Shown here piece after piece: positions 8,027 to 16,301 of a stretch of 19,898 nt of DNA (position 1 is the first letter of the stretch; the number at the start of each line of letters is the position of its first letter). Source of the stretch: Bdellovibrionota bacterium (GTDB taxonomy: Bacteria > Bdellovibrionota_C > UBA2361 > JBIKWN01); NCBI GenBank assembly GCA_044356295.1, contig JBIKWN010000046.1, forward strand, positions 1 to 19,898, written 5' to 3'. The notes beneath the pieces are model-generated. The model ran no database searches. It had not been told where the DNA came from and saw nothing but the letters and a program-made list of their open reading frames with translations. The position numbers and the translations under genes are program-made.

Positions 8027-8638
8027 TCACTTTTCATTTTGCTGCGGTAAAATCCCAACCCACTCAAGCGCAAGCTGAAGGGTAGAACGTTTCTTATCCA
8101 ACTGTGTTAAAAGTCCACGTTGAGTTTCAGACATAGATGCCATGATCATCTGGTCTCGTTCCGCTTTATCTTCAAGTTTTTCAATTCTTGTTCGGAGCCA
8201 ATCACGTTCTTCAGTCAATGATTTAATCTCACTTTCTTTATAAGAAATATATTTTTCATGAAGCTCTGCAAGCGCTTTTAACTTTTCAATCTCTTGAGAA
8301 AGGACTGCAGTTGAAGAGACTCTGTGCGGATTGTTTGTAACCTCAATTGTTTCTGGTTCTGGAATAACTTCATCCTCAACTTCAAGTTTTGTTTCTTGTT
8401 GATGGGACGGCGCTATCTCTGGATGGTCAGATGTTCGAGCGCTTACAACTCTTTCAGCAATAGGCTTATTACTAATTTTAAAAAGTGAGAACAGTTCGTT
8501 TTTTTCAAATGTAAGACCAGAATCAGTTTGTTCTGATCTAAAGTAACCAGCTTCTGCAAATCGTCGAAGCGTTGACTCAGAGACGCCTGTAACTTTTATT
8601 GCTTCTTCCAGAGGAATATAAGAAAGAGCCGTATTCAT
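8027..8638 (-). CDS. MerR-like HTH DNA-binding protein with C-terminal coiled coil
   Basis: LEEAIKVTGVSESTLRRFAEAGYF helix-turn-helix, disordered linker, heptad-rich C-terminus; 5 bp downstream of pyk. Confidence 0.75.
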   Translation of the reverse strand: MNTALSYIPLEEAIKVTGVSESTLRRFAEAGYFRSEQTDSGLTFEKNELFSLFKISNKPIAERVVSARTSDHPEIAPSHQQETKLEVEDEVIPEPETIEVTNNPHRVSSTAVLSQEIEKLKALAELHEKYISYKESEIKSLTEERDWLRTRIEKLEDKAERDQMIMASMSETQRGLLTQLDKKRSTLQLALEWVGILPQQNEK

Positions 8639-8643
8639 AAATC

Positions 8644-10065
8644 TTATTCAAACTCCCGTATTTCCATAACACTCGTTGCACCAACTTTATTAACTTCAAT
8701 ACCTCCGGTAACAACAGCAAGAGCTCCTTTAGGAATATTGTATTTCTTTTGAATGGTAGAGATCGCCGTTTTCAATTCTTCAATATGGTTTGATGAATGT
8801 TCGCTCAGCCAAACAGGAGTTACTCCCCAAAATATAGACATTCTTCTGAGTGCTGGAACTTTAGTAGAGCTACCAAAAAGTGGCTGATTAGGACGGTATT
8901 TAGCAAGAAGTCTTACAGAATATCCAGATGTGCTACATGCAATGACTGCTGCAGCATTAACTTTATTTGCAGCAGCACAAGCAGCATAAGCGACTGCATC
9001 CGCAACAGTTCTGTGATCAGCATCTCTCATCCGAAGTTTATACTCTTCAAATACGAATGACTTTTCAGCTTCTAATGCAATTGCACTTAAATAATTAACA
9101 CACTCTATCGGATTCTCACCGATAGCAGTTTCTTCTGAAAGCATAACTGCATCTGCACCCATCATCACTGCTGTTGATACGTCTGATACTTCAGCTCGAG
9201 TTGGACGAATGGATGTCACCATGGAAGAAAGCATCTGAGTTGCTACGATAACAGGGGTGCCAAGGTAGTTTCCTTTTCTGATGATTTCTCTTTGAACACG
9301 AGGAAGTTGTTCGAGTGGTAGTTCTAGTCCAAGATCTCCACGCGCCACCATCAATCCATCACTGAGTTCAGCAATTTCATCTAGATTTTTTATTGCATCT
9401 TTTCGCTCTATTTTTGCGATTAAATGAACATCACCACCTAATTCCTTAACTTTGTCTCTGACTTTACGAATATCAGAAGCATCACGCACAAATGAAATAG
9501 CGACGAAATCCACACCATGCTTAATTCCAAAAGTAAGATCGTCCATATCTTTGGTAGTTGTTGCAGGTGTATCTACTGGGCTTTCTGGGAAGGCAATACC
9601 AACCTTTGAACGAAGTCTGCCACCTTTAATGATTTTACAGGTCACAGCTTTACCATCATTTTTTTCGGCAACTAAGGAAATGATGCCATCTGCAAGGAGC
9701 ACAGGATCGCCAGGACGAAGGAAACGAACAGGATCGAGCGTTTCTACATAGATAGTTTTTTCTGAAGTCAGACTGCCATCAGCACTTTTTAGGTCGATTT
9801 TCGCCCCATCTTGAATCATCTGAAAATCATTTTCGACAGCAGAGATTCTAATTTTAGGTCCACAAAGATCCTGCAATATTGCTACAGGAGAATGCAGGGA
9901 TTCTGCCACTTTACGTATGTTAGTTAGGTTTTCGAGGTGTTCTTCATGGGATCCATGCGAAAAATTGAGTCTAAATACGTTTACTCCAGCTTCGATAAGT
10001 TTTTTGATCATTTCTGGGTTTCTGGAGGCAGGGCCCAAAGTGGATACTATTTTTGTTTTTCTCAT
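8644..10065 (-). CDS. pyk: Pyruvate kinase
   Basis: MRKTKIVSTLGPAS, RLNFSHG, AKIER, MVARGDLG, ATQMLSSM, PTRAEVSD, MLSEETA; start placed at ATG10065 (ORF track uses 10077). Confidence 0.98.
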   Translation of the reverse strand: MRKTKIVSTLGPASRNPEMIKKLIEAGVNVFRLNFSHGSHEEHLENLTNIRKVAESLHSPVAILQDLCGPKIRISAVENDFQMIQDGAKIDLKSADGSLTSEKTIYVETLDPVRFLRPGDPVLLADGIISLVAEKNDGKAVTCKIIKGGRLRSKVGIAFPESPVDTPATTTKDMDDLTFGIKHGVDFVAISFVRDASDIRKVRDKVKELGGDVHLIAKIERKDAIKNLDEIAELSDGLMVARGDLGLELPLEQLPRVQREIIRKGNYLGTPVIVATQMLSSMVTSIRPTRAEVSDVSTAVMMGADAVMLSEETAIGENPIECVNYLSAIALEAEKSFVFEEYKLRMRDADHRTVADAVAYAACAAANKVNAAAVIACSTSGYSVRLLAKYRPNQPLFGSSTKVPALRRMSIFWGVTPVWLSEHSSNHIEELKTAISTIQKKYNIPKGALAVVTGGIEVNKVGATSVMEIREFE

Positions 10066-10068
10066 TAG

Positions 10069-10105
10069 GAGGGGCATTATAACGCCGTTAAATCGCCCCT
10101 CTCAA
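10069..10105 (-). promoter_or_regulatory. Sigma-70-type promoter for pyk embedded in an inverted repeat
   Basis: Minus strand reads TTGAGA-N18-TATAAT-GCCCCTCCTA-ATG; GAGGGGC / GCCCCTC arms at 10069-10075 and 10095-10101. Confidence 0.55.
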
Positions 10106-10195
10106 GGGTACTTTCACTATTAATTGCCTGTTCTATAGATTTCATCTTGAAACTTATCTGAATTCTTGTTCATCTAAGGCATAGACGAAGTATCT

Positions 10196-10768
10196 ATGTC
10201 CAAAAAACTTTTAACCAAAAAGGTGCCATTCCAAGGAAAACAACTCACGATGTACTCCATCGATGGGATTACTTGGTCAACGCGCTCAGAAGAGCTTCAA
10301 GCGATTCTTGATAGGCACTCACGTGAACAGGCTGGCTTCGGAGCAGATCTGAAAGGAGAAGAGAAAGAAAAAACTCCTCAACCAAAGCCGAAACCGAAAA
10401 AGTTTAACCGAGTACATGATGACGCAGAGATAGATGAAGCTATCGATGATGATATGGAAGAGGATGAAGAGCCAGAAGTCTATGAGGATCCTGATGCTGA
10501 TAAAGATCTAGATCTTCTTGATGAAGAAGATCGTCCTAAGTCAAAGAAAGGAAGTGATTCGAAATTAAAAGGTATCCCTAAATCTTTAACTCCTCCAAAG
10601 AAACTTCCTGAAGTTAAAAAAGTTGCTAGTAAGCCTTTGCCAGTAAAAAAACCTGTTTCAAAAATTCCTGCTAAAAAAGTTGCAGATAAAAAGCCGATTA
10701 AAAAAGTTTCTAAACCACTTCCTAAATCTAAAGCGAAACCAACCGCAACTCCTAAGAAGAAAAAGTAG
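10196..10768 (+). CDS. Hypothetical protein with an acidic block and a Lys/Pro-rich tail
   Basis: 190-aa ORF: small N-terminal domain, D/E-rich middle, KK/PxKK-rich C-terminus. Confidence 0.75.
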   Translation: MSKKLLTKKVPFQGKQLTMYSIDGITWSTRSEELQAILDRHSREQAGFGADLKGEEKEKTPQPKPKPKKFNRVHDDAEIDEAIDDDMEEDEEPEVYEDPDADKDLDLLDEEDRPKSKKGSDSKLKGIPKSLTPPKKLPEVKKVASKPLPVKKPVSKIPAKKVADKKPIKKVSKPLPKSKAKPTATPKKKK

Positions 10769-11858
10769 TAGTCAGTTCAATTTTAATTGACTCTGTCATG
10801 GCATGGTTTTCTGGATGAACATCAGCACCTATTGTAATTGAAGAACCTTCTCTTGAAATCTTAACTGTTGCATTGCTTGTAACCCGTGTTCGTTCAAGTT
10901 GATTTTCAAAATAAATTCTGACGGGAACATCAACTGAAACGGTCTGTCCTTCTTTTACTAAAAAAACTTTTCGATCAAATTCTACTTTTTTAATCCATGT
11001 TGGTGGAACTTCATTTCGGCCTATCTGTTCGAACGTCAGTGGTGTAGGTTGAGGACTGGTAATCGTTAGTTTTAGGGCAAGTTCCTCGTTTTGTTGATTG
11101 AAAATACCTTCAAAAGATAACTGTTGTTTTTGTTCGTTAGTACTAGATCCAGTGAGGATTATTTTTTCTGATTTAGGTAACGTCTTTACTACTTCTGGTG
11201 CAGGTTGAGGCGCAATTGGCAAAGCAGTGATTTCATCTTCATGAGAGGAAAATGATGGTTGAAATATAATAATATTGAGTCCTATCAAAAATAGGGCAAC
11301 AACCAAGGTTCCAATGACGACAAGTTTATTTAACGAATTTTTCTTTTTCTTCTTTTTTGGAAGTTCTTGTGGAGCGAAGTGTTCCTCAGCATTTTCTGCA
11401 GAGTTTGCTGAATCGCTTGTATTGATTTCATTATTTGTATGGCTGCTGTTTTTAATTTCTTCATGTTGAAGAAGAGCAGAATCCGTTTCAGGTTCAGCTT
11501 GTGTTTGTAATTCCAAAGAATGCTCGTCTGAACTCAACACATCTAAAATTGCGGTTGATAAAGTATCTGGGATTATTTCAGGTTTTAATTCAGGCGTTAT
11601 GTGTGCAGTTGGATCAGCTTTTGAAGTTAGACCGTCAATCTTTAAGTCGTCTTCTTCCTCTTCAATGAATGAAAGAGTTAAGACCGGTGAGGTTCTGATC
11701 TCTGCTGATGCTTTGATCTCGTCGCCTAGTTGAAAGTCAGCATCAGGCTTACTGTGAATTAGAGGGACTTCCTCTTTTAATTCATAAATTTTAACACCTT
11801 CTTCTGGCTCGTCATCAAAGCCAAGTTCAAGAGGTGGAATTTCAAGATTTTTTTCCAT
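10752..11858 (-). CDS. Hypothetical single-pass membrane protein
   Basis: Acidic low-complexity N-terminus, K6 then TM helix LVVIGTLVVALFLIGLNIIIF, beta-rich C-terminal domain. Confidence 0.75.
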   Translation of the reverse strand: MEKNLEIPPLELGFDDEPEEGVKIYELKEEVPLIHSKPDADFQLGDEIKASAEIRTSPVLTLSFIEEEEDDLKIDGLTSKADPTAHITPELKPEIIPDTLSTAILDVLSSDEHSLELQTQAEPETDSALLQHEEIKNSSHTNNEINTSDSANSAENAEEHFAPQELPKKKKKKNSLNKLVVIGTLVVALFLIGLNIIIFQPSFSSHEDEITALPIAPQPAPEVVKTLPKSEKIILTGSSTNEQKQQLSFEGIFNQQNEELALKLTITSPQPTPLTFEQIGRNEVPPTWIKKVEFDRKVFLVKEGQTVSVDVPVRIYFENQLERTRVTSNATVKISREGSSITIGADVHPENHAMTESIKIELTTTFSS

Positions 11859-11930
11859 GATACGAAACTTTCGTAGAAACAGTACCGACTAATTCCTAAG
11901 TTGTATCGGAAGAACCATGGGGAATCATAA

Positions 11931-12983
11931 GTGTTAGAAGTTAAAAGAATCCTAAGTCCAGACAGGCTCTTACGTATTGCTTTTGGGACAGAAAAACTAA
12001 AGAAAGATTTCTACCGGCTCCTTTCTTTGCAAAAGACAGGGGAAGTACTGCCTTCTGAATCATTTCTAAAGCAGATAGATAAAGTTGAGATCCCAAAGGG
12101 CAGTTTTAATCATATTTGTATTTTTCAAAAAGGCTATCCCGAACAGCTTTATCAATTGTCAGATCCCCCACCAGTCATTTTCTATAAAGGAAACAGTGAA
12201 CTTTTGCATGTTTCTCACCAACAATTAATTTCAATCGTTGGATCAAGGCATGCAACTCACGAAGCAATTGAACTTACTAAAAAGTGGAGCACATACTTTG
12301 TGCAGGCTGGGATGATTGTTGTGAGTGGACTTGCATTTGGAGTCGATGCTGCAGCACATGTTGGTGCATTAAAAAAGAGAAGTGGTGAGTCAACTATTGC
12401 CGTATTAGCTAGTGGTATTGATCGGTGTTATCCAGCAGCACATCTACATTTGTATAATTCAATAGTTGAAAATGATGGGCTTATTGTCTCAGAGTATCCA
12501 CTAAGTAATCCACCGCATAAATTTAACTTTCTTGCTCGAAACAGAATCATTGCTGCACTTTCTAAAACAACTATTATTATTCAAGCAAAAAAAAGAAGTG
12601 GGGCACTTGTGACAGCGCGGCTCGCTTCAGAGTTAGGTCGTGATGTTGCCGCAGTGCCTTGGTCAGTATCGATTGATGCAGGGGTTGGTTCAAACCATTT
12701 AATACAGCAAGGTGCACATTGTGCGCTAAGCCATGATGATGTGTTGGAGTATGTTGGGTTAGGGCAGACTACAAATACTAAAGAAGATAATCTTTTAAAG
12801 TTTCACCTTTCAGAACTAACAAAGATCCAACTACATGCCGTATCCCTTATCCAAGAGCGCGGCAAAGTTCATGCAGATGAGCTTCGGGCTGTGACAGGGC
12901 TTGATGCTATGGATTTTTGCGATTTAGAGCTTAAAGAACTTGTCTATCTCGACCATTTTGGATTTGTTTCACTTTCGTGTTAA
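11931..12983 (+). CDS. dprA: DNA-processing protein DprA (Smf)
   Basis: DPPPVIFYKG, SIVGSR, VSGLAFGVDAAAH, SEYP, FLARNRIIAALS, SGALVTA, GSNHLIQQGA. Confidence 0.95.
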   Translation: MLEVKRILSPDRLLRIAFGTEKLKKDFYRLLSLQKTGEVLPSESFLKQIDKVEIPKGSFNHICIFQKGYPEQLYQLSDPPPVIFYKGNSELLHVSHQQLISIVGSRHATHEAIELTKKWSTYFVQAGMIVVSGLAFGVDAAAHVGALKKRSGESTIAVLASGIDRCYPAAHLHLYNSIVENDGLIVSEYPLSNPPHKFNFLARNRIIAALSKTTIIIQAKKRSGALVTARLASELGRDVAAVPWSVSIDAGVGSNHLIQQGAHCALSHDDVLEYVGLGQTTNTKEDNLLKFHLSELTKIQLHAVSLIQERGKVHADELRAVTGLDAMDFCDLELKELVYLDHFGFVSLSC

Positions 12984-12986
12984 AAT
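12958..12986 (+). promoter_or_regulatory. Sigma-70-type promoter for tRNA-His
   Basis: TTGGAT-N17-TAAAAT with extended -10 TG, 14 nt upstream of the tRNA. Confidence 0.45.
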
Positions 12987-13000
12987 CTCTCGTTCATTGA

Positions 13001-13077
13001 GGTGGCTGTAGCTCAGCTGGTAGAGCACCGGATTGTGGTTCCGGTGGTCGTGGGTTCAAGCCCCATCAGCCACCCCA
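13001..13077 (+). tRNA. tRNA-His (GTG)
   Basis: Encoded G-1, acceptor stem GTGGCTG/CAGCCAC, C discriminator, encoded CCA, anticodon arm CCGGA-TTGTGGT-TCCGG, T-loop GGTTCAAG. Confidence 0.97.
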
Positions 13078-13079
13078 GT

Positions 13080-13213
13080 TTTTCGCGCTTGGCGCTCCGG
13101 CCCAGGGGCTTTGCCCCTCGCACCTAGTCGGTGCTTCACCCCGTAATTAAATTTAGCTTTTTTTCTTTGTTTTCTTTTCGCGCTTGGCGCTTGGGGGCAG
13201 GGGCTTTGCTCCT
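13080..13213. repeat. Two 39-bp direct repeats each carrying an AGGGGC-TTT-GC(C/T)CCT hairpin
   Basis: 13080-13118 and 13175-13213 match at 34/39 (TTTTCGCGCTTGGCGCT-N6-CAGGGGCTTTGCYCCT). Confidence 0.8.
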
Positions 13214-13354
13214 AGTTATGAAACCTCTTAAATTTCATGTTTATTCAAATGTCATGCTCAATGCTGTTTTTTAATTCTTGATTCCCCATACGCATCTAGG
13301 GAATCTTCTCGTTACGAAATATAATGTTTGTGATATAATTTTATCTCGAGACAA

Positions 13355-13789
13355 ATAGAAAAAGGATTAATCACCCGCCTGCATAAAAACTTTGAAGACT
13401 TCGTTCAAGATGATGAAGGAATTGAGTTTTGGTTTGCCCGTGACTTGCAGAAATTACTTTCATACACGCAATGGCGAAATTTTGAACAAGTGATAGAGAA
13501 GGCAAGGGCATCTTGTCAAACCGCAGGTGAGCAGACGTCAGACCATTTTGCTGACGTCAGCAAAATGGTCGATTTAGGCTCAGGGAGCAATCGCGAGATT
13601 GATGATATTAAGTTGACTCGTTATGCCTGCTATTTAATAGCTCAAAATGGAGATCCAAAAAAAGAAGAAATTGCGTTTGCTCAGACCTATTTTGCCATAC
13701 AAACAAGGAAGCAGGAAATTATTGAACAGCGGCTTGCTGAGTTTGAACGTATTTCAGCGTTCAACATACCTAGCAACAAACTTCTCTGA
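13355..13789 (+). pseudogene. dinD: DNA damage-inducible protein D (Bro-N-type domain), start-less and 3'-truncated
   Basis: In-frame upstream extension (I)EKGLITRLHKNFEDF...EFWFARDLQKLL starts at ATA13355; motifs WRNF, DHFADVSKMV, LTRYACYLIAQNGDPKKEEIAFAQTYFAIQTRKQE; similarity ends near 13759. Confidence 0.88.
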
Positions 13790-13933
13790 ACCCTCATCCT
13801 GGAAGGGATCTCCTAACCACACCGAGAACCCCGTATGCTTTTGAGATAGGATCTGGCTCATCACATCGTCAGTGATGAGTTCTAGTTTTGCAAAGTGGGA
13901 AAGAGCAACCTCAGCAAACCTTTCTTCAATGGA
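13757..13933 (-). mobile_element. IS91-family (Y2 rolling-circle) transposase internal fragment
   Basis: Minus-strand stop-to-stop frame of 59 codons: SIEERFAEVALSHFAKLELITDDVMSQILSQKHTGFSVWLGDPFQDEGSEKFVARYVER. H(S/T)GFSV and ARY..R are recognised from IS91/ISCR transposases; no search was run. Confidence 0.72.
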
Positions 13934-13982
13934 CTACAAGACGGCCCGATGAGTTATGAAAGTATATGTAGGAATATTAGAA

Positions 13983-14705
13983 TTATTTTAATAACTCTTT
14001 TTCAACGTCTCCTTTAATTTTTTCCTCCATTTTTTTCTTTAATCGAGCGCTCCCTCCAGAATAGATCTTAGGAGATGGTAATGCTTTAGAAAAGATATCA
14101 GTTAAAACTTGAATATAAAGATCAAAAGAGTGATTCTGGTAAGCTTGTATCAAGCCTATGATTTCAATTAGCTTTTTTTTTGCTTTCTCGTAGGAGAAAC
14201 CGCCTTTTAAATATAGAGAAACAGAATCAAATTCTTTAGATAAAGTCTTTGTGAGCATACTAAGAGCTTGATATTTTCTCTTTTCCTCACACTCAAATTT
14301 AATTTTATTGGCTATTTCCGCAATTTCGTACATTCTATCTACAGAGTATGGTTCTGATAAAATTGCGTGACAACCAGCAATTATACTTTGAGCAATGACG
14401 GTTTCGTTTTGGTTATTATTTTTAAGGACAAGAATAAAAGCACACTCTTCTCCTATTACAGTATTTTTAGCCTCATCAATAAATTTTTTAATTTCAGGAA
14501 AATCAAAATTTTGAGAAATAAACATTATATCGCATGGTGAGTTCTGGCGAAGGGTAACCAAAACTTCATCAAGGTCAGAGTACTGTGTAGTTTTTTTGAA
14601 GACAGTGACAGCTTGTGCTAGCTGTCTTAAGTTATTTCTAAACTTAACATTAGAATCAATTAGGGAAACGGTGAATGTGCGCTTAATTTGATTTATATTT
14701 TGCAT
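13983..14705 (-). CDS. Pseudo-receiver (atypical response regulator-like) protein with helical C-terminal domain
   Basis: CheY-like pattern VSLIDS / CDIMFIS / AFILVL / AILSEPY with Ser at the Asp position and Glu at the Lys position; ATG14705 has SD AGGA and lies downstream of a sigma-54 promoter. Confidence 0.7.
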   Translation of the reverse strand: MQNINQIKRTFTVSLIDSNVKFRNNLRQLAQAVTVFKKTTQYSDLDEVLVTLRQNSPCDIMFISQNFDFPEIKKFIDEAKNTVIGEECAFILVLKNNNQNETVIAQSIIAGCHAILSEPYSVDRMYEIAEIANKIKFECEEKRKYQALSMLTKTLSKEFDSVSLYLKGGFSYEKAKKKLIEIIGLIQAYQNHSFDLYIQVLTDIFSKALPSPKIYSGGSARLKKKMEEKIKGDVEKELLK

Positions 14706-14730
14706 AATGGTCTTTCCTAACAATCAGTTA

Positions 14731-14747
14731 AGCAAAAAACGCGCCAG
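14731..14747 (-). promoter_or_regulatory. Sigma-54 (-24/-12) promoter
   Basis: Minus strand CTGGCGCGTTTTTTGCT = TGGC-N7-TTGC, exact GG-N10-GC spacing. Confidence 0.8.
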
Positions 14748-14854
14748 TATAACTAAAATATATAATGTAGTTATATCGATATGTTAAAAGAGTATGTAGT
14801 AAAGACAATAATATTTTTTGTAATGTTTTCATTGTAAATGTCGATTATTACAAA

Positions 14855-16189
14855 ATGCAAAGTAAAATGAGTTCTACTTATAACCTATTGTACGGAGAGG
14901 GTATTAGTCGTGACCTAATTAATCTGTTATCACGCATAGGTTATAATTGCGAAAAACTAGTGACATCTTCCATTGATGAATTTTCTATAATCTTAATAGG
15001 GGAATCTGAATTTCAAAAATATCAAGAATTAAGAACTAATGATCAGAATCCTTTAATCGTTATTTCTGACGAATACGAGCGAGGTTCTATATCTCGTTCT
15101 GAATTAAGCAAATCTAATATTTGGTATATCAATAATAAATTCGACCATGAAGATATATTATTACTTGTTGCCAAGGCATGTATCTTCAAAGAGCTACAAA
15201 CCAATATCTCTAACATTCAGACCGCTTTGCTATCATCAGATGAATGTCAGGATATTGTAGCTGTATCAAGTACAATGAAAGATATTATTGAAAAATCAAA
15301 TATTCTAGCAGAATATGATTCTACAATACTCATTACAGGTGAAAGTGGTACTGGCAAGACTATGTTAGCAAACCATATTCACAATATTGGTCCCAGGTGC
15401 AATGCCCCCTTTTTATCGATAAATTGCGCTTCAATACCTCGTGAGCTACTAGAATCTGAACTTTTTGGACATGAAAAGGGTGCATTTACGGGGGCATATC
15501 AGACAAAAATGGGGATGCTAGAAATAGCTGATGGTGGGACTGTTTTCTTGGATGAAATAGCGGATCTTCCTTTAGGACTTCAAGCAAAATTACTTTCGGT
15601 GCTCCAAGATAAAGTGATTCGTAAAGTTGGTAGCAATAAAGGGAAAAAAATAAACATTCGAATCATTACTGCTACAAATCAAGATCTTGAAGTTCTAGCG
15701 AAGAATAAAGAGTTTAGGGAAGATCTTTTCTTTAGATTAAATGTAATTGCTCTAAAAGTACCACCTTTAAGAGAAAGACATGAAGATATAAAAAAATTGG
15801 CCGAAAATATTACAAAGCGGTTATGCATCCGTCTCAATAAACCTATTATAACTATTACTTCGCAAGCGTATGAACTAATCAACAATTACAAATGGCCTGG
15901 GAATGTTCGCGAACTTGAGAACGTATTAGAAAGAGCGATTGTATTTTCTGAAAAACAAATCCTTTCAATTGAGATACTGAAATCATATTTATTACTTGAT
16001 GGTAGCACCATCACTAGGGAAGAATTTAATTTTGCGGGTTGGAAGATAAAAGACTTAGAAAAGAAAGCTATCTATGACACCCTAAAGTCAAATAACAATG
16101 ATAAAAATAAGACAGCCAAAGAACTCGGAATAAGCTTAAAGTCTCTTTATAATAAAATTAATTCTTTTAAAATCCCGCCTAATTTGTAG
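14855..16189 (+). CDS. Sigma-54-dependent enhancer-binding protein (NtrC/Fis family) with degenerate N-terminal receiver
   Basis: GESGTGKT, ESELFGHEKGAFTGA, FLDEI, QAKLL, FREDLFFRLNV, WPGNVRELEN, Fis HTH TAKELGISLKSLYNKI. Confidence 0.95.
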   Translation: MQSKMSSTYNLLYGEGISRDLINLLSRIGYNCEKLVTSSIDEFSIILIGESEFQKYQELRTNDQNPLIVISDEYERGSISRSELSKSNIWYINNKFDHEDILLLVAKACIFKELQTNISNIQTALLSSDECQDIVAVSSTMKDIIEKSNILAEYDSTILITGESGTGKTMLANHIHNIGPRCNAPFLSINCASIPRELLESELFGHEKGAFTGAYQTKMGMLEIADGGTVFLDEIADLPLGLQAKLLSVLQDKVIRKVGSNKGKKINIRIITATNQDLEVLAKNKEFREDLFFRLNVIALKVPPLRERHEDIKKLAENITKRLCIRLNKPIITITSQAYELINNYKWPGNVRELENVLERAIVFSEKQILSIEILKSYLLLDGSTITREEFNFAGWKIKDLEKKAIYDTLKSNNNDKNKTAKELGISLKSLYNKINSFKIPPNL

Positions 16190-16217
16190 CTTCTACATTA
16201 AATTTGTAATATTTACG
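16185..16217. promoter_or_regulatory. Paired palindromes, candidate upstream activator sequences
   Basis: TGTAGCTTCTACA (16185-16197) and TGTAATATTTACG (16205-16217), centres 20 bp apart, about -108 and -88 from the predicted start site. Confidence 0.55.
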
Positions 16218-16272
16218 AATTTAAAGCTAAATCAAAAAGACTTATTCATTTGAAATCATTCAAGTTTTTGTT

Positions 16273-16288
16273 TGGTATCAATTCTGCA
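16273..16288 (+). promoter_or_regulatory. Sigma-54 (-24/-12) promoter
   Basis: TGGTATCAATTCTGCA with GG-N10-GC spacing, upstream of the cheX-like/fapA/CBS genes. Confidence 0.65.
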
Positions 16289-16301
16289 TACTTAGTTATG
16301 C

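Noticed and set aside
13080..13213. CRISPR array
   Set aside because: Only two imperfect copies, a 56-bp spacer that is partly low-complexity, and no cas genes.
13290..13354. LexA/SOS box upstream of dinD
   Set aside because: A TATAAT is present, but there is no match to the LexA motifs I know (CTGT-N8-ACAG, GAAC-N4-GTTC, TTAC-N3-GTAA).
14706..14723. TTG start at 14723 for the pseudo-receiver
   Set aside because: Lies upstream of the predicted sigma-54 start site (about 14720); ATG14705 has an SD.
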